Shown here piece by piece: positions 1 to 10,046 of a stretch of DNA of 64,000 bases. The position numbers were made by a program, and so were the translations under genes. The stretch's first letter is position 1; every line of letters starts with the position of its first letter. The notes beneath the pieces were generated by a model. The model did no database searches, was not told the origin of the DNA, and saw only the letters and a program-made list of their open reading frames with translations. Origin of the DNA: Thainema sp. (lineage in GTDB: Bacteria; Cyanobacteriota; Cyanobacteriia; Phormidesmidales; Phormidesmidaceae); contig JBQLZK010000034.1 in NCBI GenBank assembly GCA_052168235.1, forward strand, positions 12,128-76,127, in the 5' to 3' direction.

Positions 1-1
1 A

Positions 2-178
2 ACCAAGAAAACCATTCCGGTGGCAGCAGCTCAAATCGGCGGCTCCTCAGTTTTTGAAATTCCCTATGGCCCAATTGCAGCTGCAACAGTGCTGGGTACG
101 TTGCCCCTGGTGCTGCTGGTGCTGTTCTTCCAGCGCAAGATTGTCCAGGGTCTGACCTCCGGCGCGGTTAAGGGTTAA
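2..178 (+). CDS. Carbohydrate ABC transporter permease, C-terminal part (runs off window start)
   Basis: Frame 2 translates to [58 protein letters not shown], a typical MalG-type C-terminus; directly upstream of a MalK-type ATPase. Confidence 0.9.
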   Translation, partial: TKKTIPVAAAQIGGSSVFEIPYGPIAAATVLGTLPLVLLVLFFQRKIVQGLTSGAVKG

Positions 179-314
179 AAGCTGAAAACGTTCTTCCACA
201 GTCCTAGAGCACGATCCGAGGGAGCAGGGGAGCAACGATCTCTGATCTTTCAAACTGGTCTTTCAAACTGGAAGCGGCTACAGATATTTACGCTGAAACT
301 ACGTTAAAACCACT

Positions 315-1409
315 ATGTCTAAACTTGAAATCAAAAACCTCAACAAAACCTATGGCCCTGGCATTGTGCCAGTTAAAAATATTTCCCTATCGGTCGATGA
401 AGGCGAATTCCTGACGCTGCTGGGGCCATCCGGCTGTGGTAAATCCACCACGCTGCGCCTGATCGCCGGACTAGAACAGCCCACCCGTGGTGACATCTTT
501 ATCGGCGGCAAACGGGTGACATCCGTGCAAGCGGGCGATCGCAACATTGCAATGGTGTTCCAGAGCTATGCGCTCTATCCCCACATGACTGTCTATGACA
601 ACATGGCCTCCGGCTTGAAGCTGCGCAAGATGCCCAGTGATGAGATTAAACGTCGGGTTCGCGAGGCCTCTCAGCTCTTAGGTCTAGAAAATCTATTCGA
701 CCGTAAGCCCAGCAACCTGTCCGGTGGTCAGCGCCAGCGGGTCGCTCTGGGTCGGGCACTGGTGCGGAATCCCGATGTGTTCCTACTGGATGAACCGCTG
801 AGTAACCTAGACGCACTGCTGCGGGAACAGGTGCGGGCTGACCTGAAGCAGCTCTTCGAAACCCAGCAAGCGCCAGTGGTTTACGTCACCCACGACCAGG
901 TGGAAGCGATGACGCTTTCCAGTAAAGTGGCCGTTTTGTACGAAGGCGATGTGCAGCAGCTCGACCCACCCGAACGGATTTACACCCATCCCGCCAATCG
1001 GTTTGTGGCAGGCTTTATCGGCAGTCCGCAAATGAATATCTGGAACCTGCCGATTGATGGCGGCAAGGCCATGCTGGGCAAGTTTGGCTTCCCCGTGCCC
1101 GATGCCGTCCGTTCTGCGCCGGAGGTGCTGCTGGGAATTCGCCCAGAACATATCCGGCTGGCTAGTCCTGATGATGCCTATACTGTGCGCGGCAAGGTTT
1201 TTCTGGTTGAAAATCTGGGCATGAGCAATTTGCTCAGTGTCCATGTAGAAGATTCCAATTACACCATTCGAGCATTATTGCCAGCGGAGCATCGGTGGGG
1301 TGGTGAAGAGGTGGCACTTGCGATCGCACCTCGGATGATTCACTGGTTCGACAGCAACACCGAAGCTCGCATTCCTGAAACGGAGAAAGAACACGCCGTC
1401 GTATCCTAA
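315..1409 (+). CDS. Sugar ABC transporter ATP-binding protein (MalK/MsmX family)
   Basis: Walker A GPSGCGKST, VFQSYALYPH, LSGGQRQR signature, LLDEPLSNLD, C-terminal TOBE-like region. Confidence 0.95.
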   Translation: MSKLEIKNLNKTYGPGIVPVKNISLSVDEGEFLTLLGPSGCGKSTTLRLIAGLEQPTRGDIFIGGKRVTSVQAGDRNIAMVFQSYALYPHMTVYDNMASGLKLRKMPSDEIKRRVREASQLLGLENLFDRKPSNLSGGQRQRVALGRALVRNPDVFLLDEPLSNLDALLREQVRADLKQLFETQQAPVVYVTHDQVEAMTLSSKVAVLYEGDVQQLDPPERIYTHPANRFVAGFIGSPQMNIWNLPIDGGKAMLGKFGFPVPDAVRSAPEVLLGIRPEHIRLASPDDAYTVRGKVFLVENLGMSNLLSVHVEDSNYTIRALLPAEHRWGGEEVALAIAPRMIHWFDSNTEARIPETEKEHAVVS

Positions 1410-1411
1410 TC

Positions 1412-1458
1412 AAACAAGCAGTGAAAGACTGACTAAGTCAGTCTTTCACTGCTTGTTT
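1412..1458. terminator. Perfect 23-bp-arm inverted repeat immediately after the ATPase stop (terminator or repeat)
   Basis: AAACAAGCAGTGAAAGACTGACT-A-AGTCAGTCTTTCACTGCTTGTTT. Confidence 0.75.
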
Positions 1459-1752
1459 CGGCGCAGGGTTTAGAGATCTAGGTTTTATTACGCCCAGGTA
1501 TTAATAGTCGGTAGCAAATTCCGGATAAAAGCTGTAATTGACGCAGATAACACCTAAATGGGTTCCAAACTCAAAAAAATTTAGATTCACTAAATATACT
1601 TAATCCATCTATAAAGTTGTAGTTAAGAACCCGCAGAACCACTGTAGTCATTCGGTTCAGCCTCCAGTAGGATAAGCAATAGATCAAGGGGTGCTATTGC
1701 TTCATCAGAAAAGATTATGTAGACCATCAGGGCGATTGCCTTCCTACTGAAC

Positions 1753-2892
1753 GTGGAAGCTATTTTGCAAACACTCCTTAATGAATTACAGCAAGCGACG
1801 GGCGCTTCTGAGCAAAGCTGTCAGGCTGTTGCCCAGCGGCTTTATGCCGAGGTGCAACGCGTTTGTACTGAAAGCCATCGCATTCAAACATCTGGCGATA
1901 TCGAATCTTGGGCGCGATCGCTCATTCGTCATCGTCGCGATCAGTGCCTCAAGTATTATAAATTGGGTTCCCGGCAAGGGCGTGTTGAGCTGCACAGTAC
2001 GCTCAGCGCCATTGTCTATCGCTATATGTCACCGCCCCAAGTGCGGTCGAGCTATCAAGCTCGCTTGACGATCATTGAAGATTTTCTACAAGGATTCTAC
2101 CTGGAAACCTTGAATGCGTTTCGGCGTGAGAATCAGATGCCGGACGATTATTGTCCTCGCACGCTGCTAGAGCTGAGTGAGTACATGGCGTTTAGCGAAC
2201 GCTATGGCAAGCGGCGGATTCCGTTACCGGGTCGCCGCAGCCAGCAGATCATTATCTTACGCGCCAAAACGTTTTCTAAGCAGCAGCCACCGGAACTGTC
2301 AATTGATTTAGAACAAGCCACCGAAGCAGGCACAGATGACGACCAGCCGCGCAGTGCAGCTTCAGCACAGCGCGTTCGGGAGCAGATTGTCGCGCAGGCA
2401 CCCGAGCCAGCCGGAAACGCCCTGCGCGATCGCGTGATTCAAGAACTTGTGGACTACTTGCGAGAGCGCAATCAGGAAGACTGTGCCGCCTATTTTGAAC
2501 TGCGGCTGCAAGACCAATCAGCTCAGGAAATTGAACAAGCTCTAAATCTGAATCCGCGTCAGCGAGACTATTTGCAGCAGCGGTTTAAGTACCACTTGAC
2601 TCGCTTCGCCCTGTCTCACCATTGGGAACTAGTGCATCAGTGGCTTGAAGCGGATTTAGAGCGCAACCTAGGATTAACGCCTGAAGAATGGCGACAGTTT
2701 CAGGCGGAACTGCAAGAACCACAACAGCAATTGCTGGCCTTAAAATTATCTGGGTTAGAAGATGCTGAAATTTTACGGGAGCTTGGTTGTACTGCAACCC
2801 AGCTTCAGCGACAATGGTCGAAACTTCTAGAGCAAGCTTGGGACATTAGAAATTGCTCAATGTCCGGAGCAGGGATATTAGGTGATGAATAG
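1753..2892 (+). CDS. hetZ: HetZ family regulator
   Basis: Motifs GRVELHSTLSAIVYRY, IIEDFLQGFYLE, YMAFSERYGKRRIPLPGR and RQRDYLQQRFKYH match recalled Anabaena HetZ; followed by a PatU-like ORF as in the hetZ-patU locus. Confidence 0.85.
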   Translation: MEAILQTLLNELQQATGASEQSCQAVAQRLYAEVQRVCTESHRIQTSGDIESWARSLIRHRRDQCLKYYKLGSRQGRVELHSTLSAIVYRYMSPPQVRSSYQARLTIIEDFLQGFYLETLNAFRRENQMPDDYCPRTLLELSEYMAFSERYGKRRIPLPGRRSQQIIILRAKTFSKQQPPELSIDLEQATEAGTDDDQPRSAASAQRVREQIVAQAPEPAGNALRDRVIQELVDYLRERNQEDCAAYFELRLQDQSAQEIEQALNLNPRQRDYLQQRFKYHLTRFALSHHWELVHQWLEADLERNLGLTPEEWRQFQAELQEPQQQLLALKLSGLEDAEILRELGCTATQLQRQWSKLLEQAWDIRNCSMSGAGILGDE

Positions 2893-3958
2893 AGACTCAG
2901 AAGCAGCAGAGAGTTTACTTCGGTGGCTCTTACAGTCCCCTCACGATTATCCAGATAGGTCATCAGGGGCAGATGCCGACAGGGATAGTGAATCCTTGTT
3001 CGCTGAGGAGGCTGAGCTGCCGTCACACGAATCATGGGATCCACTGGATTCAGAAGATTTGAGTGATCATTTACCGTCTCGTTTGGGATTTCACATTCCA
3101 GATGAAGGCGCGGAATCCTCATCACTTGCGTCGGGAGAAAACTTTACAGTGAAACATCATGTGTATGCCCTGCTCAAACGTCGTTTGAGAATTGAAATTG
3201 CACGAAAGCCCCCCTTATTTCCTTGGGAAAAAGAAATTCAAGACTATCCGCTAGACTATGCAGACTGCGTAGAAGCAGAAGCGGTTCCTGCCATCTTTTG
3301 GGAGTCCCAACTGCGGGAATTTCAGTGGCCAGTGGCGCTACCAGCTTCGGTCATGGCAATTTTGATTGAGCGGGCGCAAGCGGCAATCCAAACCTCTATG
3401 AAGTCTGGTCTAAAACTGGTTCAGGTGGTTGAAACCCTGTTTCCAGATGAGCTGCCTACCCTCAACCATTTAGCTGGTGCGGTGCTAATGTCTCCTAATC
3501 GGTCTGGACTATCCAGCCTCTCAGCGACAGAACTACCCTCCAGCTACGAGGATGCGGCTCCGGTACAGCAGATGGTATTGTCCCTGCTCGCCGCTCGCGA
3601 TTTGTTGGACACGCTCACGTTCAAACTCTCGCCAGAACAGCCCCTGCTGGAGCGGCAGTGGCAAACCTCAGTGGGTGAGATCAAGCTGCAGCTGCAGTAC
3701 AGTCCTCAGCAACTGACAGTAGACGCTGAACTTCCTACAGGTGGACGAATCTGCTTGGTCAATAGCGCTAATGACGTGCGCGATCGCAACTTCGACTCTG
3801 CGGTTCTGGCCACACAGCGAGAGGATGCGGGTACACTAAACTTAGTCCTTACTGCCCCCCCAAATCCATCCCTGCACTACTTTGATTTGATTCTGTCGTC
3901 GTCTGATCCATCACCGATTCGGTTTGCGATTCAGATTGGCCCAGATGAAACCCTATAG
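2885..3958 (+). CDS. patU: PatU family protein (unsplit)
   Basis: Overlaps the hetZ stop; WDPLDSED, LLKRRL, PPLFPWE and QQMVLSLLAA motifs; synteny with hetZ. ATG at 2885 or GTG at 2882. Confidence 0.75.
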   Translation: MNRDSEAAESLLRWLLQSPHDYPDRSSGADADRDSESLFAEEAELPSHESWDPLDSEDLSDHLPSRLGFHIPDEGAESSSLASGENFTVKHHVYALLKRRLRIEIARKPPLFPWEKEIQDYPLDYADCVEAEAVPAIFWESQLREFQWPVALPASVMAILIERAQAAIQTSMKSGLKLVQVVETLFPDELPTLNHLAGAVLMSPNRSGLSSLSATELPSSYEDAAPVQQMVLSLLAARDLLDTLTFKLSPEQPLLERQWQTSVGEIKLQLQYSPQQLTVDAELPTGGRICLVNSANDVRDRNFDSAVLATQREDAGTLNLVLTAPPNPSLHYFDLILSSSDPSPIRFAIQIGPDETL

Positions 3959-4136
3959 AAACGTTTTTAGTTTTCTGTAAAAGTCTCGTGATGCGGGACT
4001 TTTACAGAAAGCCTGCCTAGGTGCGGCCTAGATGTGGCTAGATTACTAAATTGCCAGATTGAAGAAGGTGTCACGGTTGGATGTTTGGGGGTAGGTCGTA
4101 AGCGATCGCAGTTCTTGAACCTGTACTTCAACCACT

Positions 4137-6437
4137 ATGCCAGTTGCGGATCGTTCCACCCGTTCAGACGCCAAGCGTAGTTCATTGCAACAAGCTCTAG
4201 ATGACCTACAGCAGCGGCTTCAGCCTACTGAACCGACTCAGACTGAAGACTCCATCACGCTGCGAGTGCTGGTGCAACTGCTCGTTATCGTCGGGATTCT
4301 GTCCATTACTGTGGCTTCGGCTGGCGTCACTAGTACTTCACTGCTCAACTTGCTGGCCATTCCGTTCAGCGCCATTGGTGCCGTGTGGAGCTGGTATCGT
4401 CGCCATCAGCGCAATGTGATTGTCAAATTCTGCATTGCCATTGGCATGCTGCTAGCACTCGGGCTGTTTTTTATGCGCCTATGGGCTGAACCGGGTGACA
4501 CGCGTATTCTATTGGCCGAACTGCTGATCCATCTTCAGGTTCTACACAGCTTTGATTTGCCGCGCCGGAAGGATTTAGGCTACTCGATCACGATTGGTCT
4601 CATTCTCCTAGGCGTAGCCGCGACGATTAGCCAAACTTTTACCTTTGCCCCACTGCTGCTTATCTTTTTAGCGATCGCACTGCCGGTTCTGGTACTGGAC
4701 TATCGATCGCGCATTAATTTACTGAAGCAGGGCTGGCAACCGCTGAAAACAAATCTATCTATTCGCCGCCTGCTTATCATGCTGGCGATTACGCTGGGGC
4801 TGGGACTGCTGATTTTCGCATTCTTGCCACGCCTACCCGGATATCAGCTCGAAACCTATCCAGTTAGCTCCACAATTGACTTCAAGGGCAGTTTTGATGG
4901 TCGTGGCATTAATAATCCGGGCTATGTTCAAGAGGGAGGAGAAGGCAGCGGGTCTGGCGGCCTTAATTCGTCTAGATTAGAAGGCCCCGGTGTAGCAGAT
5001 TCTCGCTTTTACTATGGGTTTAATCAGCGGGTCAACCTGAATCTGCGCGGTGAGCTAAAGCCTGAGATTCTAATGCGAGTGCGATCGCAGGCCGCCGGCT
5101 TCTGGCGAGTGCTGGCGATGGATCGCTATACAGGCCAGGGCTGGGAAATTTCGCGGAATGACAATACGTTTAAGCTGGATCGCTCCAGATGGTCTTATCG
5201 CTTTACAGTGCCACAAAAGTCCTCTATTTTACCGACCCAGGATGTCGTTCAGACCTACACAATGGTGACGGACTTTGTGAATCTGATTCCGGCCCTCTAT
5301 GAGCCAGAGCATCTTTATTTTCCGACCGAGCAGATTGCAGTCGATGCGGAAGGTGGCTTGAGATCACCTCTGATTCTGACGCCAGGCTTAACCTATACGG
5401 TTATTTCCGAGGTGCCAATTCGCGATCGCACCGCACTGGGTCAGGCAAGTACCGACTATTCTGAATCTATCCGCAACCACTATCTGCAAATTCCGGCTGA
5501 CATTCGCGATCGCATCCGCCAGAAAGCTCTGGAATTGCTGGCTGAATCTGAACAGCCCATCACTAAACCCTATGAGCAAGCGCTTTACCTAGCCCAAGCC
5601 CTCAAACAGCAGTACGAAATTCAGCCCGACATGCCGTTTTTGGAGGCGGATGAGGATTTAGTTGAAGCGTTTTTATTCAAATACAACGGTGGTTATCCGG
5701 ATCATTTTTCCACCGTGCTCACCGTCATGCTGCGCTCGCTTGGCATCCCCGCCCGGTTAGTCATGGGCTTCGCGCCCGGTGAGTTCAATCCCTTCACAGG
5801 CTACTACGTGGTGCGAAACACCGACGCGTACGCCATGACAGAGGTGTATTTCCCTCAATTAGGCTGGTTTGCTTTCGACCCCATTCCGGGGCATGAAGTG
5901 GTTCCTGTTTCCATTGAAGATCGGGAAACGTTCAGCACGCTGCAACAGATCTGGAGCTGGGTCGCAGGCTGGTTGCCCTCGCCAGTTGCAGGCTTTTTAG
6001 GGGCCATCTTCAGCACGATTGGTAACATACTGACCTGGTTCATTCAGCTCTTTTCCAACGGCTGGGTCGGCATCCTCACTGGCCTCGGCATTACCACGCT
6101 ACTGGGGCTAGCTGGTTGGCTGCTGTGGGGACTCTGGCAGGACTGGCGCGATCGCAGATGGCTAGCCAAACTACCACCGATGGAGCGTCTGTATCAGCAA
6201 ATGGTGCGATCGCTGACTCACATTGGCTATCCCAAATCTCCCATTCAAACGCCGCTGGAATATGCCCAAAAAGCCCATACCCACGTCAACACCGAACGCG
6301 CCAACATCATTGAAGAAATCTCCCAAGCCTATGTCCAGTGGCGCTACGGCGGCTACAACCCTGATTTGAACCACTTGCAGGAACGATTAAAATCACTGCG
6401 TCGCCGCTCGTCGGCCAAGTCTAAACAGCCCTCATAA
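4137..6437 (+). CDS. Membrane transglutaminase-like protein (TgpA/DUF3488 + DUF4129)
   Basis: Multi-TM N-terminus; transglutaminase-like core (LRSLGIPARLVMGF, EVYFPQLGWFAFDP); C-terminal QTPLEYA motif. The usual catalytic GYC reads GYP. Confidence 0.85.
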   Translation: MPVADRSTRSDAKRSSLQQALDDLQQRLQPTEPTQTEDSITLRVLVQLLVIVGILSITVASAGVTSTSLLNLLAIPFSAIGAVWSWYRRHQRNVIVKFCIAIGMLLALGLFFMRLWAEPGDTRILLAELLIHLQVLHSFDLPRRKDLGYSITIGLILLGVAATISQTFTFAPLLLIFLAIALPVLVLDYRSRINLLKQGWQPLKTNLSIRRLLIMLAITLGLGLLIFAFLPRLPGYQLETYPVSSTIDFKGSFDGRGINNPGYVQEGGEGSGSGGLNSSRLEGPGVADSRFYYGFNQRVNLNLRGELKPEILMRVRSQAAGFWRVLAMDRYTGQGWEISRNDNTFKLDRSRWSYRFTVPQKSSILPTQDVVQTYTMVTDFVNLIPALYEPEHLYFPTEQIAVDAEGGLRSPLILTPGLTYTVISEVPIRDRTALGQASTDYSESIRNHYLQIPADIRDRIRQKALELLAESEQPITKPYEQALYLAQALKQQYEIQPDMPFLEADEDLVEAFLFKYNGGYPDHFSTVLTVMLRSLGIPARLVMGFAPGEFNPFTGYYVVRNTDAYAMTEVYFPQLGWFAFDPIPGHEVVPVSIEDRETFSTLQQIWSWVAGWLPSPVAGFLGAIFSTIGNILTWFIQLFSNGWVGILTGLGITTLLGLAGWLLWGLWQDWRDRRWLAKLPPMERLYQQMVRSLTHIGYPKSPIQTPLEYAQKAHTHVNTERANIIEEISQAYVQWRYGGYNPDLNHLQERLKSLRRRSSAKSKQPS

Positions 6438-6603
6438 ATGCTGTATAGATTCTGTTGCTGTTGATGCTTGCAACTTTGAGATGCAAGCATCAACAGCAAA
6501 AAAGCAGATAACGTTGCGATCGCAATTGAGCTCACTCCAAAGCTAGTCGTCAAGTTTGCTAGGATTGGCTACATTCAGGCATAGTCGCTATAGTTTTCCA
6601 GCA

Positions 6604-7200
6604 ATGAAATTCTTCACCAAACCTGAACCCGACCAGCGCGATCGCGTTCCCCCCGGCCAGCATCTCGCCAAGGGATTTCCCGTCTTAACCTACGGTCAGA
6701 CACCGGAGATTTCATTTGAAGCTTGGGAATTCAAAATTTGGGGGCTGGTAGACGAGCGAACATTTACCTGGCAAGACTTCCTTGACCTGCCGCAGAGTGA
6801 CTTCACTGCTGATTTTCACTGCGTTACCACCTGGTCCAAACTGGACGTGAAATGGACAGGAGTCAAAGTCACTGACTTCATGCAAGCGATTCAAGTTGAC
6901 CCCAAAGCTACTCACATTCAGCAGCACTGCTACGGCGGATACACCACCAATTTGACACTGGATGATTTTGTGCGGGAAGAAAACTTCTTTGCCCATACGC
7001 TGTTTGGCGAACCGCTGCCGCCAGAGCATGGTGGCCCTATGCGAACGGTCATTCCCCACCTATACGCCTGGAAAAGCGCCAAGTGGATCAACGGCATTGA
7101 ATTTTTAGACCACGAAGAACTCGGCTTCTGGGAGCGCAATGGCTATCACCGACGCGGCGAACCTTGGGCGGAAGAGCGCTATAGTAGCCGATTCTTCTAG
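6604..7200 (+). CDS. Sulfite oxidase-like molybdopterin oxidoreductase
   Basis: RVPPGQ, DFHCVTTWS, EHGGPMR, YAWKSAKW and GFWERNGYH motifs; ATG 6604 preferred over TTG 6556. Confidence 0.9.
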   Translation: MKFFTKPEPDQRDRVPPGQHLAKGFPVLTYGQTPEISFEAWEFKIWGLVDERTFTWQDFLDLPQSDFTADFHCVTTWSKLDVKWTGVKVTDFMQAIQVDPKATHIQQHCYGGYTTNLTLDDFVREENFFAHTLFGEPLPPEHGGPMRTVIPHLYAWKSAKWINGIEFLDHEELGFWERNGYHRRGEPWAEERYSSRFF

Positions 7201-7319
7201 CGTATCTGTCGCTAGTTATGGCTACTTGACGACTACTTGAATAGTGGCATCAGAGTCGATGGGCGTTGCCTACCGACTCTGATTTTCTTTCCTACTCCTT
7301 TTGGCCGCGCCGCGTTGCA

Positions 7320-8747
7320 TTACTCTGCGGCTGCAATGTCAACCGGAGCATCCATGATGATAGCTTTGAAGGGAATGACACCGGACTTTTCGCTGCCTAA
7401 ACATTGAGCTGCTCGATGAGACAGGTCTAGGTTGCGATTCTCAATGTAAGGCCCTCGATCGTTAATGCGGACAATTAAGGACTTATTGTTTTCGAGATTG
7501 GTGACTTTTAAGTAGGTGTCAAATGGCAAAGAAGGATGGGCGGCGGTCAGCTCCCCTTTGTCAAATATTTCTCCGGTTGCTGTGAGCCGACCGTGAAACC
7601 AGGGGCCATACCAAGAGGCGCGACCTTCTATCTGCCGTGATGTTTCTTGGAGGTCATACATGTCTGCCTGTATTTGAGCAACATCCAGTGGTGCACCGTG
7701 AAAGATCTTGCGCAGGTGGTTGAGCCAGTCAATCGCTAACAGCGTATTGTCATTGCTAAAGGCTTGAGCTAATTCATCGGTGACAACGAGCAGTGGTTCC
7801 CCATCTAGCGCATCCTTGATATAGATAGCGGGCTGATCCTGAAACAAGCGCAGCTGAAATCGTTCTGGCTCAAGCGACGTACTCTCTGCCAAGACGGTAC
7901 GCAGTTTTTGAGCAACCGCTTCAGCCTGCTCTGCATCCATCAGATTGAGTGCAACTTGCTTTCCGACCCAGACCTGGAATAGCTGTGAGTTCTGAGGCAA
8001 CGTGGAACGATGGGCACACGTGACATGCTCTGACTGTTCTGTAAGAGCGGGTGCTGATGCTGTAGCGACGGTCGATGATTTTGATGCCTTGACGATGATT
8101 GGGGTATAAAGCGTATGAGGCTTGAAGCGTTCTGCAGATCTCGTGCGGTTGGCTGGCGAGGTTGCGGATGAAGCAGATTTGTTGTCAGTTGTCGTATCCG
8201 CTGCTGATTTTTTACTAGATAAATCTTGATTGGCCGATCGGGGTTGCGATTGATGGATCACACTAGATGAAGCGGATTTCTCAACAGAATCAGGCCTCGT
8301 TTTAGCTGAGTCAATAAGGTGTGCTCCAGCTGAGTGGAGCCAAGTTTCAGAGTGTTTGGCTAGCTGATCAGGCTGAAACTGTACGTCCCTGCCTGTAATC
8401 AGTTCAGTTTGTTCCGTAGCAAGTTCAACAACAGCGGATAGGGTATCCCAATGGGAGGGAGAATGAGCCGGACGGGGATCGACGTCGGCTGGTGCAGCAG
8501 ACATTGTCTGGACTGATGCTGATGTAGCTTTGCTTGATGTCGTTTTAACTGAGGAAACGGTGTGCGCTAGTACAGCAGGAATGGAAGTTGAAAGATCAGC
8601 AATAAAACTAGCCGTTTTTGCCTGTTCATTATTTGCCTGTTCATTAAAAGTTGAGGTTAAAGAGCCCCTGGATATATCAAGCTGATACGGCTTGATTCCG
8701 GAGTCACTTTCGATCGATGCAACCAAAACAAGCTCAAAAAAGCTCAT
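7320..8747 (-). CDS. rlpA: Septal ring lytic transglycosylase RlpA family protein with long low-complexity N-terminus
   Basis: C-terminal DPBB motifs ASWYGPWFHGRLTATGE, LTAAHPSLPF, VRINDRGPY, LDLS. Confidence 0.85.
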   Translation of the reverse strand: MSFFELVLVASIESDSGIKPYQLDISRGSLTSTFNEQANNEQAKTASFIADLSTSIPAVLAHTVSSVKTTSSKATSASVQTMSAAPADVDPRPAHSPSHWDTLSAVVELATEQTELITGRDVQFQPDQLAKHSETWLHSAGAHLIDSAKTRPDSVEKSASSSVIHQSQPRSANQDLSSKKSAADTTTDNKSASSATSPANRTRSAERFKPHTLYTPIIVKASKSSTVATASAPALTEQSEHVTCAHRSTLPQNSQLFQVWVGKQVALNLMDAEQAEAVAQKLRTVLAESTSLEPERFQLRLFQDQPAIYIKDALDGEPLLVVTDELAQAFSNDNTLLAIDWLNHLRKIFHGAPLDVAQIQADMYDLQETSRQIEGRASWYGPWFHGRLTATGEIFDKGELTAAHPSLPFDTYLKVTNLENNKSLIVRINDRGPYIENRNLDLSHRAAQCLGSEKSGVIPFKAIIMDAPVDIAAAE

Positions 8748-9049
8748 TTTAATAACCCTGTAGTGAACAACTAATCCGAAGTCATTTCGTATAGTGGTTT
8801 AGTATAACGGACTGGGGATCATCGCAAATCCCTTGTCTGGTGGATGATCCCCGTTAAGAAACGACGGTTAATCTACCTATGGGGCAGTTGCCATGAAGAT
8901 AGTTTTCTGGAGGTGTGAGTGATTCATCCCTTACGGGGTAGGGGTTACACCCATCATGCCTGGGTGCCAACTTATGTGTTTTTACGGAAAAGAGTAGGCT
9001 GGCTTGTGTGAAATTCATGTAAAGATTACCCTTCTTATTAAAATTTCTT

Positions 9050-9985
9050 ATGAAAAAAATTGATCCACTCTCAATTCGGCATCGTTTAGCTGCACATTTG
9101 GCTGAAATTGTGCGCGATCGCAATCCCTATTTGAACCAGGGGGATCACTTTTGGGTGCAGTGTTACATCCGGCAGCAGTTTGAGCAATTGGGTACCGTTA
9201 CGACCCATGAATTCGACGTGCGGGGACGGACTCACACCAACTGGATCGTGAATTTGCCGTTTCAGCCTGTGTCGAACCGTGACCAAAATCAGAATGAAAC
9301 CCGTGCTGACGCGCACTCCCCTGCCGCACCCAGCAAGCGGCAGAATCGCCCCATTCTAATTGGCGCTCATTACGATACAGTGCCGGGTTCGCCAGGTGCC
9401 GACGATAATGCTAGCGGCGTAGCGGTTTTGTTCGAATTGGGTCGCTTGCTGACGGAATTTCCGAGTAACTGGCCAGTTCGGCTAGTTGCGTTCGACATGG
9501 AGGAATATGGGTTATCGGGCAGCCGGGCCTATGCCGCTCACCTCAAACGGCAGCGGCAAAAACTACGGCTCATGCTGGGTCTAGAAATGCTGGGCTACCG
9601 CAGTTCAGAGTCCGGTTCTCAGTCCTACCCGCTTTATTCACCTGGCCTGCAATTGTTCTATCCTGACCAGGGCGATTTTATTGGTTTAATTGGCAATCTG
9701 CGCGCCATTCCCGATCTGCGCCATTTGAGCAGAGCAATGCGGCAGGCTAAAGCTCAGTGCTACTGGCTACCTGTACCGCTCTTAGGTTGGGCAGTACCGG
9801 ATACCCGCCGCAGCGACCATTCGCCCTTCTGGGATCGCGGCGATCGGGCCATCATGGTGACCGACACGGCAAACTTGCGAAATCCCAACTACCACAAGCC
9901 CAGCGATACACTGGACACGCTCGATTTAGATTTCCTTACTCAAAATTGCCTAGGACTATTTGAAGGAATTCGTACGCTGGCTTAA
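9050..9985 (+). CDS. M28 family peptidase
   Basis: IGAHYD, GADDNASG, FDMEEYG, RSDHSPF and YHKPSD zinc-ligand motifs. Confidence 0.9.
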   Translation: MKKIDPLSIRHRLAAHLAEIVRDRNPYLNQGDHFWVQCYIRQQFEQLGTVTTHEFDVRGRTHTNWIVNLPFQPVSNRDQNQNETRADAHSPAAPSKRQNRPILIGAHYDTVPGSPGADDNASGVAVLFELGRLLTEFPSNWPVRLVAFDMEEYGLSGSRAYAAHLKRQRQKLRLMLGLEMLGYRSSESGSQSYPLYSPGLQLFYPDQGDFIGLIGNLRAIPDLRHLSRAMRQAKAQCYWLPVPLLGWAVPDTRRSDHSPFWDRGDRAIMVTDTANLRNPNYHKPSDTLDTLDLDFLTQNCLGLFEGIRTLA

Positions 9986-10008
9986 TTCAACTTTGTCTTT
10001 AAGAATAA

Positions 10009-10040
10009 GAAAGAGGGCTGTGCATGCACAGCCCTCTTTC
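10009..10040. terminator. Perfect 32-bp palindrome between convergent peptidase and tRNA
   Basis: GAAAGAGGGCTGTGCA|TGCACAGCCCTCTTTC. Confidence 0.7.
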
Positions 10041-10046
10041 ATTCAA

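Noticed and set aside
1460..1750. patS/patX-like RGSGR peptide gene near hetZ
   Set aside because: No such motif noticed by eye in this intergenic region
8750..9049. c-di-AMP or other riboswitch upstream of rlpA
   Set aside because: One hairpin is present but consensus blocks could not be matched
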